This document shows, in pieces, positions 24,000 through 35,850 of a stretch of 64,000 nucleotides of DNA. A model generated the notes under the pieces. The model made no database searches. It had not been told where the DNA came from and saw only the letters and a program-made list of their open reading frames with translations. The stretch comes from Podarcis erhardii (taxonomy: Eukaryota), in NCBI GenBank assembly GCA_964252035.1, contig OZ176203.1. One strand, given 5' to 3'. Position 1 is the stretch's first letter. The number at the start of each line of letters is the position of its first letter. The position numbers and the translations under genes are program-made.

Positions 24000-24297
24000 A
24001 AGGAATCATTTCCATCCTAGTGGCCACATTCCCTTCTGAGCAACCTTGGAAGGGTCACCTGACAGTGTGTGGAGTGAAATGAAAAAGTGGATGGAGGAAC
24101 AAACACAAATTTTGCCTTCATACAGTAGGCTAGTTTGTACATCCCCCCTCTCTCTCCTCTCCAGACAAGCAAGCATCGTTATTATCAGAGTGGAAATACA
24201 CATTCCAGCCACACTTAATGAGGCTGCTGAACAAGGGCAGAGGAAGAGGCTTGGAGGGCCACATTCAGTGCCCAGAAACGAGGTTTCCTAGCCTAAT
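24000..24297. mobile_element. Degenerate non-autonomous DNA transposon (hAT-like)
   Basis: GGCCACATTCCC near the left end and GGAGGGCCACATTC...GAGGTTTCCTAGCC at the right end resemble recalled hAT MITE termini. Confidence 0.35.
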
Positions 24298-25295
24298 CTG
24301 TGTAAGAACTTTTGAGGCATTTGGTATATTGATTCTACTGCACACTGTAGTCACGTGATACTTCATGCCTTTTAAAATTGATTGTTATGGTGGCTGCAAA
24401 GATCAGTGCATGGGCCCATGCCCCCCTCCACGTTTTCCCAAGGTCTTGTTCCATATAGTCACCTGTCATAGGAAGAAAGCTGTTTGAAGGGGAAAGTGAG
24501 GCGTGTTTCAGGGAAGTTGTCTGCCTCTATCAAGAAATGGTTGTAGCTGTTTTAATGATGTGGTGGTGATTTCCCAAATGGTAAGTCAACATCCTCTCAT
24601 GAGTCAATCACCAGACTTCCAGCAGTGGATGCTGGAGACAAAGAACACCATCTGAGTCAGAGGGTGGGACCAGGACAGAGGATTGGCCCTCAACAAAGAT
24701 TACATTCTGTTTGTGGATTTCCACAGTAAAAGCTTGGGGAGCCACTGTCATGTAGTCCAGTGTGGCATAGGAAGTGAAAAAAGGGATTTGCAACTTGAGG
24801 TTACAGGTTTTGCTACTGGAGGTTATGTATTTTACAAGTTCATCTGAGCCTGACCTATTCTAAGGTATGTCTACATGATTCATGTTTTAGTAATCAACGT
24901 TCAAAGTATGTTGAATTGTAAGGTGTGGGTATTCTGCACTGGGAAACTAGATGCAAACTAGTTAGAATACCCAAATATTTCGTATGGTACATGTCATTTT
25001 CAAGTGGTGGTTCAATTTGAATGGTAGCTGTGATGTCCTCTAAATTATCTCCATGGACCCATTGATTATGTTGGGTGTTTTGCCTAAAGAATAGTTCATC
25101 AGAGGAATCAGAAAGTGTAGCTCAGCTTTGAGGGACAGGTTATCTTCTGCTTCTGTAGTTGAAGAGAAGGAAGAGGAAACAAGCTGCTGTTTATAGGGCT
25201 CTGGGACTGGAAGAATGTTTGGCTCCCCCCCCCATATGCAATACATAGAACATGTTGCTACCTATGGGAATATATTGCCCGTACTATCTTTTAGG

Positions 25296-25310
25296 TCACC
25301 ATCTGCTGGT
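25296..25310 (-). promoter_or_regulatory. CTCF-like motif
   Basis: Minus strand reads CCAGCAGATGGTGAC. Confidence 0.4.
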
Positions 25311-26601
25311 GGCAATGACGAAGACTAGCACCCACAAAGATGGACATTGGGTAAGTGCATGCTAAAGGTATAATTTAAAAATAGATGCTGTTACACAGCT
25401 TCAGTTCATTTGGAACTTCCCAATGTATTGTGCCTTGTTTTATCTATATTAAATACCAAGGAAGGGAATGAAAAGCATGTGTGTGTTTATGTGTGCATCC
25501 GTGTAAACCACAATTGCTTCCCTAATTAAGAGGTTCTGCTACCTCAAAGCAGTGATTAAGGCCTTTTGAAAAAGTGTTTGAGGATTTGGGGGGAAATGTT
25601 ATAAATTTTGAAACCATAGCACATGTTTGGGAGCAAGTAAAGTTCAGGTGGTTGATTTTATGTAAGAGAGCAAAAATTGGTCTTCTGTCAAACACAGTAA
25701 GTTTCTCTCTGTTTGCCCCCTCCCCGCCTCACTTTATGCCTTTTTAGGGAAAATTCCTGGCAGGTTGGTGCATAACAGGGATATCTGCAGGATTTATTCA
25801 GTTATAGCACAAGTATAAACAGGAAATTTCATGTTTATGTACTTGAGCTGTGCTAGTAATAGGTGAGAGGGGGACAGAAATCTAACAATGATAGGAGATG
25901 ATTAAGCCTTTTCTACTTGGATAACAAACTTGTTGCAGCAACAATGTTTTACCTTCAGAATCTATACAAATGTGTGCACACACTTTAATCTCTGAGGTTC
26001 TGTTTCTATAGGAATGATACAATATATAAGGAGGTTTGGGGAGTAATTTATAGTTACACTCAATATATTGCTTATATTCACAATTTTGTACCAAAGGTTA
26101 GAAAGTAATGGTGTAGTGACTAGTAAAATTAAATATATGCTGTTTAGGTTAAGCTGCTTTGCAGTTCCAGCAAAGCCTGGTAGGGGATTTTTTTTTTTTT
26201 TTTGGAATACTAGTGGTGAATATTCAAGCATGAGAGTGAAAGTTAGACAAATGTCATTTAAAAGGAGATTGCAGTACAGTAGTTAACTATATTTTGGTGT
26301 TGATAAATTTAGTAGAAATCTGAGTTTGACACCTTCTTATCAAGTTATTTGAAAGCACAGCATATCTTCAATCAGGTGGATATAAATAATTGATTTAAAT
26401 AATTAAATTGTGTTAACCAAAGAACCTGTATAAACTCATGTGAATTCAACATTGGTATATTTATATAAATCAGAATAGTTCTGCCTCTTTCATGCTGCTA
26501 TGCAATGTCCTGTTTTAAACAGATGTTGTAAGAGTTGCTTGATACAAAAGAAAACCAATTTATGCATTTAGTGATAATTTGATGTGGCTGCATTATGTGT
26601 G

Positions 26602-26615
26602 GTGCCATCTAGTGG
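26602..26615 (-). promoter_or_regulatory. CTCF core motif
   Basis: Minus strand reads CCACTAGATGGCAC, a full match to CCACYAGRKGGCRS. Confidence 0.6.
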
Positions 26616-27984
26616 TGTACTTGGTGTACTGTAAGGTTTTGGTATTTAATAAACATTGATTAAGATTTGCCGTTTTACTGTTTATATGGGAAGCTTTTAA
26701 AACACTTAAAACATTTTTTTCAACCGAAAGCATTGTACATAACATAATTTATACATGCTAATTGAAAGTGTGAAAGTGTTCATTTTTAAAGCATGAGTAG
26801 TGTGCTTTTAACTGTGAAAAAAGACAGAATTTAAAACAGGCATTTAAGTCAGCTTTAGTGAAAAGAGGGGTAAACAGTAGAAAAGGGGAAGAATATGGGG
26901 AGGAAGAGCATAAACAAAACATTTAAGATTCCATTAATGCTGCTTTGGGGCTTGAAAAGTGCCACATAGTTCTATGCAAACTGGAAGGTAGAATATGAAA
27001 GAGATTGTTGAAAAGGAACTGCTCAGGGATTCCTACCATATTCTTTTTGGAAAACAAATGTACACACCTATGTATTAAGATGTAGATGTTATAAGTGTAA
27101 GACTCTCATGCTATCCTGACATGGGATGTTTTAAGGCATTCACTTACAGCAGAGTAAAATTTCATACATTGCTTAGAACTTTCTACACCTCTCAGAAATG
27201 CTAATCTTTCCAGGATCTCCTTAGGATTTGAGTGTGTGTTTCTGTGCCTTCTGGAGTTAATGTGGGAAGTGCTTATACATTCTTTGGTAGCAAATCATGA
27301 GCCAAGGGAACAATTAATGTGTGTCTTTACTTACTGATGTTGGAGACTTCTTCCTTCTGTTTAAAAAGCTCTTGGGGAACGTACAGGAATAGTATGCATG
27401 TATAACATCCTGAATAGTTGCAAGCTGATGTTTATTACCACCTTTTCAGGAATGATTCCAAGCTCCATATGAAGAAAGGAAATATGGTTACCTAAAATGC
27501 AAAATATTTGTTCAATTAATAGCCAGAGAATAGCCAAACTAACAAAAGAACCCCAAGAAAACCACAGGGCAGAGCCTGCCATATATTATACTAGACTCTC
27601 AGACAAGCTAGTGAACTAGTGATGTTTAGTTGCATTAAATCATTGCCTGTGACAACCAGGTATTCAGAATCAAAAGTCTGGTTCCTGCCACAACAGGCAT
27701 CATATCGTAACACACAATCTGCCCATCAGTTACATAATCTGAATGTATGTGTATAGGAATGTGGAGAGAGGTTTAATTTACTGTTCCTTCCTCTGGATTG
27801 TTGCCACTGGATTACTCCAGACAAGAAAGGTTTTCTATAGAGTGTCCTTATTTATAACACAAACTGAAGCAGTCTGCTATTTGGCACAGGTTACAGTGGT
27901 TAAAATGCTTTAAAACAGTGCTACATAACAGCATTCCTTAAAGTGCAATATGGCCTAATCTTACATGCATCGTATATTTACTTG

Positions 27985-28012
27985 GTGTGTGTGTGTGTGT
28001 GTGTGTGTGTGT
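27985..28012. repeat. (GT)14 microsatellite
   Basis: Read directly. Confidence 0.95.
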
Positions 28013-28361
28013 GATGCATGTAAGATTATATATATATACTGTGTTGAGTTGTTGGTAACAGTGTGCTCTGGCTTCTGTCACAGTGTCTCATTGCACCAGA
28101 AGCGGTTTAGTCATGCTGGCCACATGACCTGGAAAGCAGGTTCTGTGCCCCAATTGGGAGCATAAGCACACATATATTTATTTATTAAATTTCTATGACA
28201 CCCTCTCTCTGAGGAATAAAGGGCTGTTCACAATATAGAAACACAAAAATACGTAACAAAGTAACTAGCCAAAGGCCTTGGGAGAAGAGGAATATTTTTG
28301 ACTGACGCCTAAGCATCTAGTCTCATTGATTTCACTGAGACTATATTTTAGCCTTGGAATT

Positions 28362-28704
28362 GGGAACCCGCTCCCCTCCAGATGTTGAAGAAGAAGAGTT
28401 TGGATTTGATATCCCACTTTATCACTACCCGAAGGAGTCTCAAAGCAGCCAACATTCTCCTTTCCCTTCCTCCCCCACAACAAACACTCTGTGAGGTGAG
28501 TGGGGCTGAGAGACTTCAGAGAAGTGTGACTAGCCCAAGGTCACCCAGCAGCTGCATGTGGAGGAGCAGAGATGCGAACCCAGTTAACCAGATTACGAGT
28601 CTACCGCTCTTAACCACTACACCACACTACACCCATCAACCCTAGCCAGCCAGGCAAATGGTCAGGGATGACAGCAGTTGTTGTCCAACAAGCCACAGGT
28701 TCCC
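28362..28704. mobile_element. Short palindromic DNA-transposon MITE, split by a SINE
   Basis: Termini GGGAACC (28362-68) and GGTTCCC (28698-704). The internal CCTCCAGATGTT...CCCATCAACCCT...AGGGATGACAGCAGTTGTTGTCCAACA pattern is shared with the copy at ~40541-40620. Confidence 0.6.
28387..28628 (-). mobile_element. Squam3-like (MIR-derived) SINE, near full length
   Basis: Minus strand shows tRNA-like head AGTGTGGTGTAGTGGTTAAGAGCGGTAGACTCG, B-box-like GGTTCGCATC, MIR-type core and a (TTC)n tail. Confidence 0.85.
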
Positions 28705-29485
28705 TGTTCCCGTTTCAATCTCCAATAACAAATATGTCCAAGACTTCATATTGCAAAGAAGAAACGTGCATTTACGATTAAAAAAATAAGTAAATGATAG
28801 TGTGTGCTTAGAGTAAAAGCTGGAGTAATTCTTAACGGACCTGAGATATGGTCATATTACCTGAATTATAAACAGATGCCTGGTCTACTCAAGCAACTAA
28901 ATTAGGTGGTAGAATCCTGTGTTTTTAAGCCTGGACCATACTGCTTCAGACTTATAGGTAATATAGTACTTTTTAAAAATGATCCCAAGGATAAACATTC
29001 CTTTCAAACAAAAACAAAAAGCCTAGTACATCAGAGAGAAACAGGTTCTAGCCCAGTGTGTTCCCTGCTGAGCTAGTTTTCTACCTCCATGAAGTATTTT
29101 ATTTGAACAAAGCTTTCAAAAATGTGCTTTCCCAACCTATAGTGGGAATCTGAAGTGATTCAATGAATTAAGGACTACCACATTTTGCTGCCTATGCCGA
29201 CTTGCTCAAAGTGAATTTTAATAGACTCTAGGAAGACAGAATGTTGGGGTTGGTGAGTTTATAGCAGAACTGAAATTTGAACCTGATTGGCCTTGTTGGC
29301 GTGTTGCTAGCGTTCAGCCTCAGTTCCTATTCTACAAAAGAGACACCACAATGCTTCACCTCACTGTGTTAACTTAAGGGGTAAGCATCACATTCAGCAC
29401 TTGAAGACCACACAGAGATGCTATTGACATCCTATAGTCAGCTTGGCCTTTTGTAGCTATCAGGGTAAGAAGTTTTCATTCTAAC

Positions 29486-29514
29486 AGATGGATAGATGAA
29501 TAGATAGGTGGATG

Positions 29515-29553
<39 letters not shown>

Positions 29554-29569
29554 GATAGATAGATAGATA
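29486..29569. repeat. (GATA)n compound microsatellite
   Basis: Read directly. Confidence 0.95.
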
Positions 29570-31729
29570 TCTCGCTGCCTGGTACATTAACACAAGAGAA
29601 TGATAAGTCACTGAGTTTACAGAGTAATACAAGTTGTTGGATGGAATATAAATATGAAGAGGGAATATAAATATGAAGGAGGGGAAACTTTACTACTGAG
29701 TTTTATTTTTCATTGTGGCTGGAGTTGTTGCCCAGGCTGTTTTAGGCACTGTAATTTTAATACTGTAATTATAATATAGTGGTGTGTCATCTATATTGTA
29801 GAATTGGTAAACCATAATAGATCGAATAGACTTTGCCACATGACATATTAGTGGCTTTCTTTACTGATTCGTACTCATACCCCTGATCTCTCTTACAAAT
29901 GGGAAAACAAAAACCTATAACTTGAAACCTTTGCAAAATGGGTAGCTGTTTACCAGCATGAATTGAGGGCAGATCAACACAATACATTTGAAGCACATTA
30001 AATACATATTTAAAGCACGTTAATTCCCCCCCAAAATCTTTGGAAGTCTTGTTTATTGAGAGTGCTAGGATATATAGCCCTGTGAGGGGGGAAATGCAGT
30101 TCCAAGGATTCTTTGAGGCGCTCATGTGCATTGAATGTGTTTTAACTGTATTGTGTGGGTCTGCTATTAACATATGAGAAACTGACTGTTACCTCTTGCT
30201 GAAGTGTCATTTGTTTTCTTTCTTATTGGTACTCCTTTGGGAATATCCCAATAGTCATTTGATGCCATGAAACACTGCTGGTATTAGTCTGAAAACAGTA
30301 ATGCGTGGAAAGCCTTGCTGATTTTTCCCCCCTGTAAAAATATTACAAAACCATTATTTTTATTGTTTTACATACAATTTAAATAACACAAGGAATAGTA
30401 CAATAACAAGGGAGTTGAAAATGAGGGAAAGGAGAAGCAAGGGAGGTAATGATAAATATAGCAAGGGGCTAACAGTAGTCTAATCAGTCACCATTGCACA
30501 CTTACCTAATCATTATTACTGATAAGTGTATTAATTCTTTAACAGAGAACTTCAGGGGTATAAGTAAAATACGTTTTCTATAGCTGCAGTTCAGAACTGA
30601 GAAGGTGTAAAGAACTACTTGAGACCCCAAGCATACAGTTTTAAAAGCACTAAATAGCTAAAGAAAGGTGTCAGGAGTTGGGAGCGTGGTATTGAAAGAC
30701 CTGGTGTTTGGAAGGGAAAGGGAGCAGGAAACATTGTTGGTGTTAGAGAAGAATGGAATGTTTAAAAGACCAGGGCTTGTTATTTCCAGGAGAAGGGCGG
30801 CTGCTGCAGTCTGCAAGAGCTGTGGGAAGCACTGACTCGATTAGACAGCCCACTCACAGGATATAAGAGGGAAGCATGATCCAGTGGGCAGAGGTCACAA
30901 AAATGCCGTGTGTTAGCCTTTCTAGAGATGACTTAGGAGGTACTGCGGTTGCATATCCTGAATTTCCATCACCTAATGCACTGGGTTTATAAAGGAGGGT
31001 GAGTTTCAGGATGCAGGGTGTGTGGTGTGTGTAGGCAGCCGTTCTTATATGACAGTGGGTGGAGATTGTAGCATTTCTTGTGCTTTTCCTGTGACACTTT
31101 TCCTTAAAGAAACAGGCTGCATTTTATTAGGGCCAGTTAGCTTCTGTTTCCCACCCCTCCCTTCCCCTGCTCTAGTATAGAGGGTGTTGAGGTTATATTT
31201 AAAGCCCCAGTATTAAATACCAGTTAGAAAAAGCATTCCTCACACAGTAGTTGTGAAGATGGCAGGTTATAAATTAGCTTGCAGGGAGTTTTAGAGAGAT
31301 TGTAGTAAGTTTAAACCTATAGCAAGCCAGACATTGGAACAGTACACACATGTGCGTGCACACAACACAAAAATAAATGATTGGTGTTGTGTGTTTTAGG
31401 TTTCGTCTCCAGAAATACAAAAGCAATCATCCATTTTGCTCCAAGCTCTTCATATTTGCAAATGAATACTTTTTGCAAACCAATATTTCAAATGCATTCC
31501 CCCCCCTTTGGATGGTATGACATTAATTTTTCTCTTTAAAAAAGGCTTTCAAAATGTATTTTGTTGTTGTAACTCTTAAGTCTGGTGTAGCTTTGAATGG
31601 GTAATCTGTGTCATATATAATTCCCAAATTTTTGGCTCTAAAATAGTGAACAGCTTGTCTGTACTAGTGCTTCTCCCCCTCCTAAGCACATAACATTTCT
31701 CCATTTAAAGGCATAATAAGACTGTCAAG

Positions 31730-32085
31730 AGTTTGATTTTCTTATATGTTTCAGTCTGTAGACTGATCTTTGCTAACTCTCTAAACTTTTCTGTCTTGTA
31801 TGAATCTTTTCAGGTCTATGGGTGTCCCAACACTCCTTTTAACTCAATTTATATAATTAAGTCTTCCTCATGCACTTCTTTCCAATTTCCTTACACTTAT
31901 ATCACCCCTATTCTTAGAATATGCCCTACCATAATTGTTCACTCTTTTACATTTGGCTCTGCCCAGTCACATCCAGTATTTCTTAGCAGTTTGCCACTCA
32001 ATATTAGGATATTAGATCTCACTTTTGAGCTTCATAGGAAAATAATTTCTCCTAAGCTATATGGTTACCAGACAATGAGTTGTGG
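31730..32085 (-). mobile_element. Old L1 ORF2 C-terminal relic
   Basis: Minus strand gives TEKFRELAKISLQ and CDWAEPNVKE*TIMVGH fragments resembling the reptile L1 C-terminus; heavily decayed. Confidence 0.4.
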
Positions 32086-33826
32086 GTTTTTGTGGGGGTT
32101 TGGGGCTCAAAGTTCCTGTTAAAAATTCAAGCAGTTGAATATTCTATTCATACTAACTTGGAAGTAATGGAACCCAAATTTAGACATTCTTGTGTTAGAA
32201 AGAAATATCTAAAAGGTTCAGGAAAGGGGGAGGAAATGGATGACAAATGTTGATGATCTAGGTACTAATCAGACCATGTGAATGCCTCTCCCCTCACATA
32301 TTAACTGATCATTATTAACTATCCAGCAATATGCAGTAGTAGATAAAGTCATGCTCTTTCATCTTTGTTCAAAGTATGCATTAGCTTGACTCTTCTAAAT
32401 TTGTAAGCTTCAGATCATGGTTTAGGTGCTAATCTAAATAATGGTTAGAGGAGAGCCTAGTGTGCATCTGGTATCTGAATTTAATGTAAGTATATACATG
32501 AAGATTGTTGAAAGGCAGGAAAGCTGTTATATTCTCTAACATTTCCTTCTATTTTTGCATTTTTATGCAATGTAACAGTTGTCACAGGACTTAAATACCT
32601 GTGTGATTTTGTTGTTGTTGCATAAATTATTTTTTCTTGGGCCCTGAATGATACAATCTCATATTCTTGATTATAACAAATGTTAAAATTCTAAGCCAGG
32701 TGGGATTCTTTTTCAAGTCTGAAAGAAATGAAAGTATGTCATAATTCACACTGTTACTATTTGCTTATATTGGTTACAGAAAATCTGCACATTCGACATG
32801 TCAGTATATTGTTTTTCTGAATGTTTCAGATACCAAATGAGAGTTTAGTGCCATGTTACACACATTCTACAACATTTCTGTTTTTCTTGCATGTAAGATA
32901 AATGTACAATTAAATGGTGTGAGCATACTCTTGTAGCATAAGGCAGCAGTGTACAGTGCACTTAAATTCCTGTAACTGGCATCTCAGACAGTTTGTAGTC
33001 TTTTTAGCCTCAGTAACTCTTGCAGTGCCATCTTCTTTCTCTTTCTCTATGGCCCATATGCTATTTCAGCATTGCATGAAGTGATAACTTTCCCATCCAT
33101 CCCCAGCTGTATTATGAAGCACAACTCATTGCGTTACTTGGCACCATCATGTGGTGCATTTCCCTGCGCCTGAGCAACATCACTGGCAACTGGAGGCAAG
33201 GTAACTTACCTGTGCAGAGCATCCTCTGGGGAAAGGAGGAGAGAGGAAGTGAATCTTGCCCCATGACTCATTGTGCGGCGGTGCTGGGATCAGTTCCCAC
33301 ACCTTTTAATAACATTTAAAAGCAGAAATTGAGCAGGTGAAAACTTCTTCATAATATTATCTTCATGCCATAAAAAAGCATCACCTGTGTCATTTCTGTT
33401 GTCAGGCCCCACTTGGGGGAAAGGTGGTGATCTTAGGTATATCTGCTGCACAAAATACATGGAAATGCTAGCCCATCAGCCTGGTGTAGTGTAATGCAAC
33501 ATGTGCCAGTCATAGTTCAGTGGGGGGGGGGGTCCAAACTAGACATGACCACAGTTCTGTAAATCTTTATCCTGTGTTCATTAAAAAACAAACAAACAAA
33601 GGCAGAATACAAAGTGCTTAAGAGGAGGGATAGAGGGGAATGGTAGAGTAACTTCATCAGTCTTTCTCCTCAAAATTGCCTCCCCCAGCTGCTGTTTTTT
33701 CACTGTAGATGAAAAGATGTCTTATTTTCATACAGGTAGAAAAGTGTAAGAGGTAGCGTGTGACTTCAGTTTTAAAGGGTGTCAGGAGAACCACCGGTTA
33801 CTGGTGTAGACCAAGCCAGACCATGA

Positions 33827-33972
33827 GTCCATCAGCTCTGCTCAGTGTTGTCACTGTCAGCACCTCTCCAGGGTTTCAGAAAGGGGTCCTTCCTAGGCCT
33901 CCCTGGAAGGATTGAATCTGGTCCCTTTTTGAATGCAGAGTGCATGCTCTACCACTGAGTCATGGTTTCCCC
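33827..33972 (-). mobile_element. Squam2-like SINE, degenerate
   Basis: Reverse complement gives CTCAGTGGTAGAGCATGCACTCTGCATTC...CAGATTCAATCC...CTGAAACCCTGGAGAG, homologous to 5505-5700. Confidence 0.65.
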
Positions 33973-34453
33973 CCATAAACAGAAAGATACACATGACTGC
34001 ATGCCACATATAGTTTAGGTCTGAGTTGCTCTCCAAAATATGCAGTGAAAATAAGTTCCTGCAGTACAATAGAAAGTTGGCAGTCTTACAGTTTCATCTA
34101 GTGGCATCTAGACCACTATTGTCAATACAGTCGTCTGAATATTTTCACTTCTTTGAAAAAGAATCATCTCATTGCTGTACAAGACAGTTCTGTACAATTC
34201 TTTTTAGAACCTGCTTATAGAGGCTGCACAGATGATTCAGATCCCTGATTGTGTATAGCTTTATGTTGAGTGGGAAGCTTTCACATGTACCCTATTGCAG
34301 GCATGAGCCCTGTAAGACGTCGGAAGCAGCAGAGATGGGACAGGGGCACTGCAGAGGTGGCAGGGCTACCCAAGGTTGCTGCTCTCCCTCACATGATTTT
34401 AATCACATCGAGGAACTGTACACCCAAATAGGGCTTGTGGTGTTCATGTGTGT

Positions 34454-34455
<2 letters not shown>

Positions 34456-34484
<29 letters not shown>
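34456..34484. repeat. (CA)14 microsatellite
   Basis: Read directly. Confidence 0.95.
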
Positions 34485-34487
<3 letters not shown>

Positions 34488-34982
34488 TACATAGGATTAA
34501 TAGCTGTGAACTGTGTTTATTTTTCTAAGAGATATTCTTTTAAAGTGATAACTGATTAACTAGTTCAAGAAATATAGACATTTTCAGCTTTAGTTTTGAT
34601 ATCCTTGCTAAAAGCTTTGTGATGGTTAGCACACTACATAAACAAAATACAAACATTATCTTTTTCTCTCTCTACTCACAGTGGTACTGCATACTTGTGG
34701 TCTGACTTTTGCCCAATGCCTCCATGCAAAGCCGCAGATTCAGACTGGGTGGCATAAACAAAAATAAGGGTTTTCTGTTTCTGTGTTGACTTGTTTTATA
34801 AACTGAGGGCATTACTTTTAAGTAGAGCTGTTGTGTGAGGTGTATGCCTTTCTGTAAGTAAATGTCCTCTGTAACCACTCAAGAATATAAAGTGCATCAC
34901 ATCAGCATGCAGAAAAAGTCATGTGAGTATTGAACTCGCCCATATTACTAGAGACAGGAAGACAGGCAAGGAAAAGAGTTCT

Positions 34983-35018
34983 CTTTCTTTCTTTCTTTCT
35001 TCCTTCCTTCCTTCCTTC
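34983..35018. repeat. (TTTC)n(TTCC)n compound repeat
   Basis: Read directly. Confidence 0.9.
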
Positions 35019-35694
35019 ACTAACTGGATTAGGCTGTCCACCTATAAACATGTTTTTGAAGGGTGAAAACATATTCTCTACCCTTCCTTAACTTAAGTTT
35101 GCAAAAGACCACTCAGTGTAAGAAGTCATATACTCACTCTGTTCCTTCTCCCCCACCTCAAGAGAGAGATGAATCTGGAAAATCCTATATATTGTCCCTC
35201 ACTGGGATACTGAAAGGCTGTCTGATTGCATTCGCTCTCCTTCTCTTTCTAGCTGGAGGTGGGGTGGGGGGCAGGGGAGAGTGGATGGGTTGGGGGTGGA
35301 GGACAGAATTTGAGTTCATTAAACGCTACTTCATTCACCCACCTAAGTAAATACAGAAAGGATTGCTGGCTGCTTTTGGCCTCTCTGTCTCTTTCTCTCT
35401 ACTCTGTCTCTTTCTCTCTATCAAGGAGAGCCAGGTGGGGAGGGCGGGGGGAAAGCAAGCCATCACAGACACCATGGCACCACTATGTCCATGACCTGTC
35501 TACCAGGTACAATTCCATTATGAAAAGTGTGTCTGCCAATGCTTAGTTAGGTACCTAATAATTTATTCTATGTTGGGGGGGGACTGTTCTTAGTACACAT
35601 TGTGAATAAGTAGTTTCTAGTGCCAAGAGATGCCCCTGCGTTGTAATTCTAAATCCAGTGATGGTGGCTGTTGCTGGCATAGACTGCCAGTCTA

Positions 35695-35850
35695 TAAGGT
35701 CAGTGGTAAAGTATCTGCTTCACCTGCAAATCCCTGGCATCTCAAATTGGGCAGGGGAAAAGCTTGTCTGAAATCCTGCAGAGTTTATGCCAGTCAGTGT
35801 AGACAGTACTGAGCTAGATCTTACTCCATATAAGGCAGCTTCTGCTGTTT
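35695..35850 (+). mobile_element. Squam2-like SINE, degenerate
   Basis: CCCTGGCATCTC...GCCAGTCAGTGTAGACAGTACTGAGCTAGAT...ATAAGGCAGCTTC. Confidence 0.7.
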
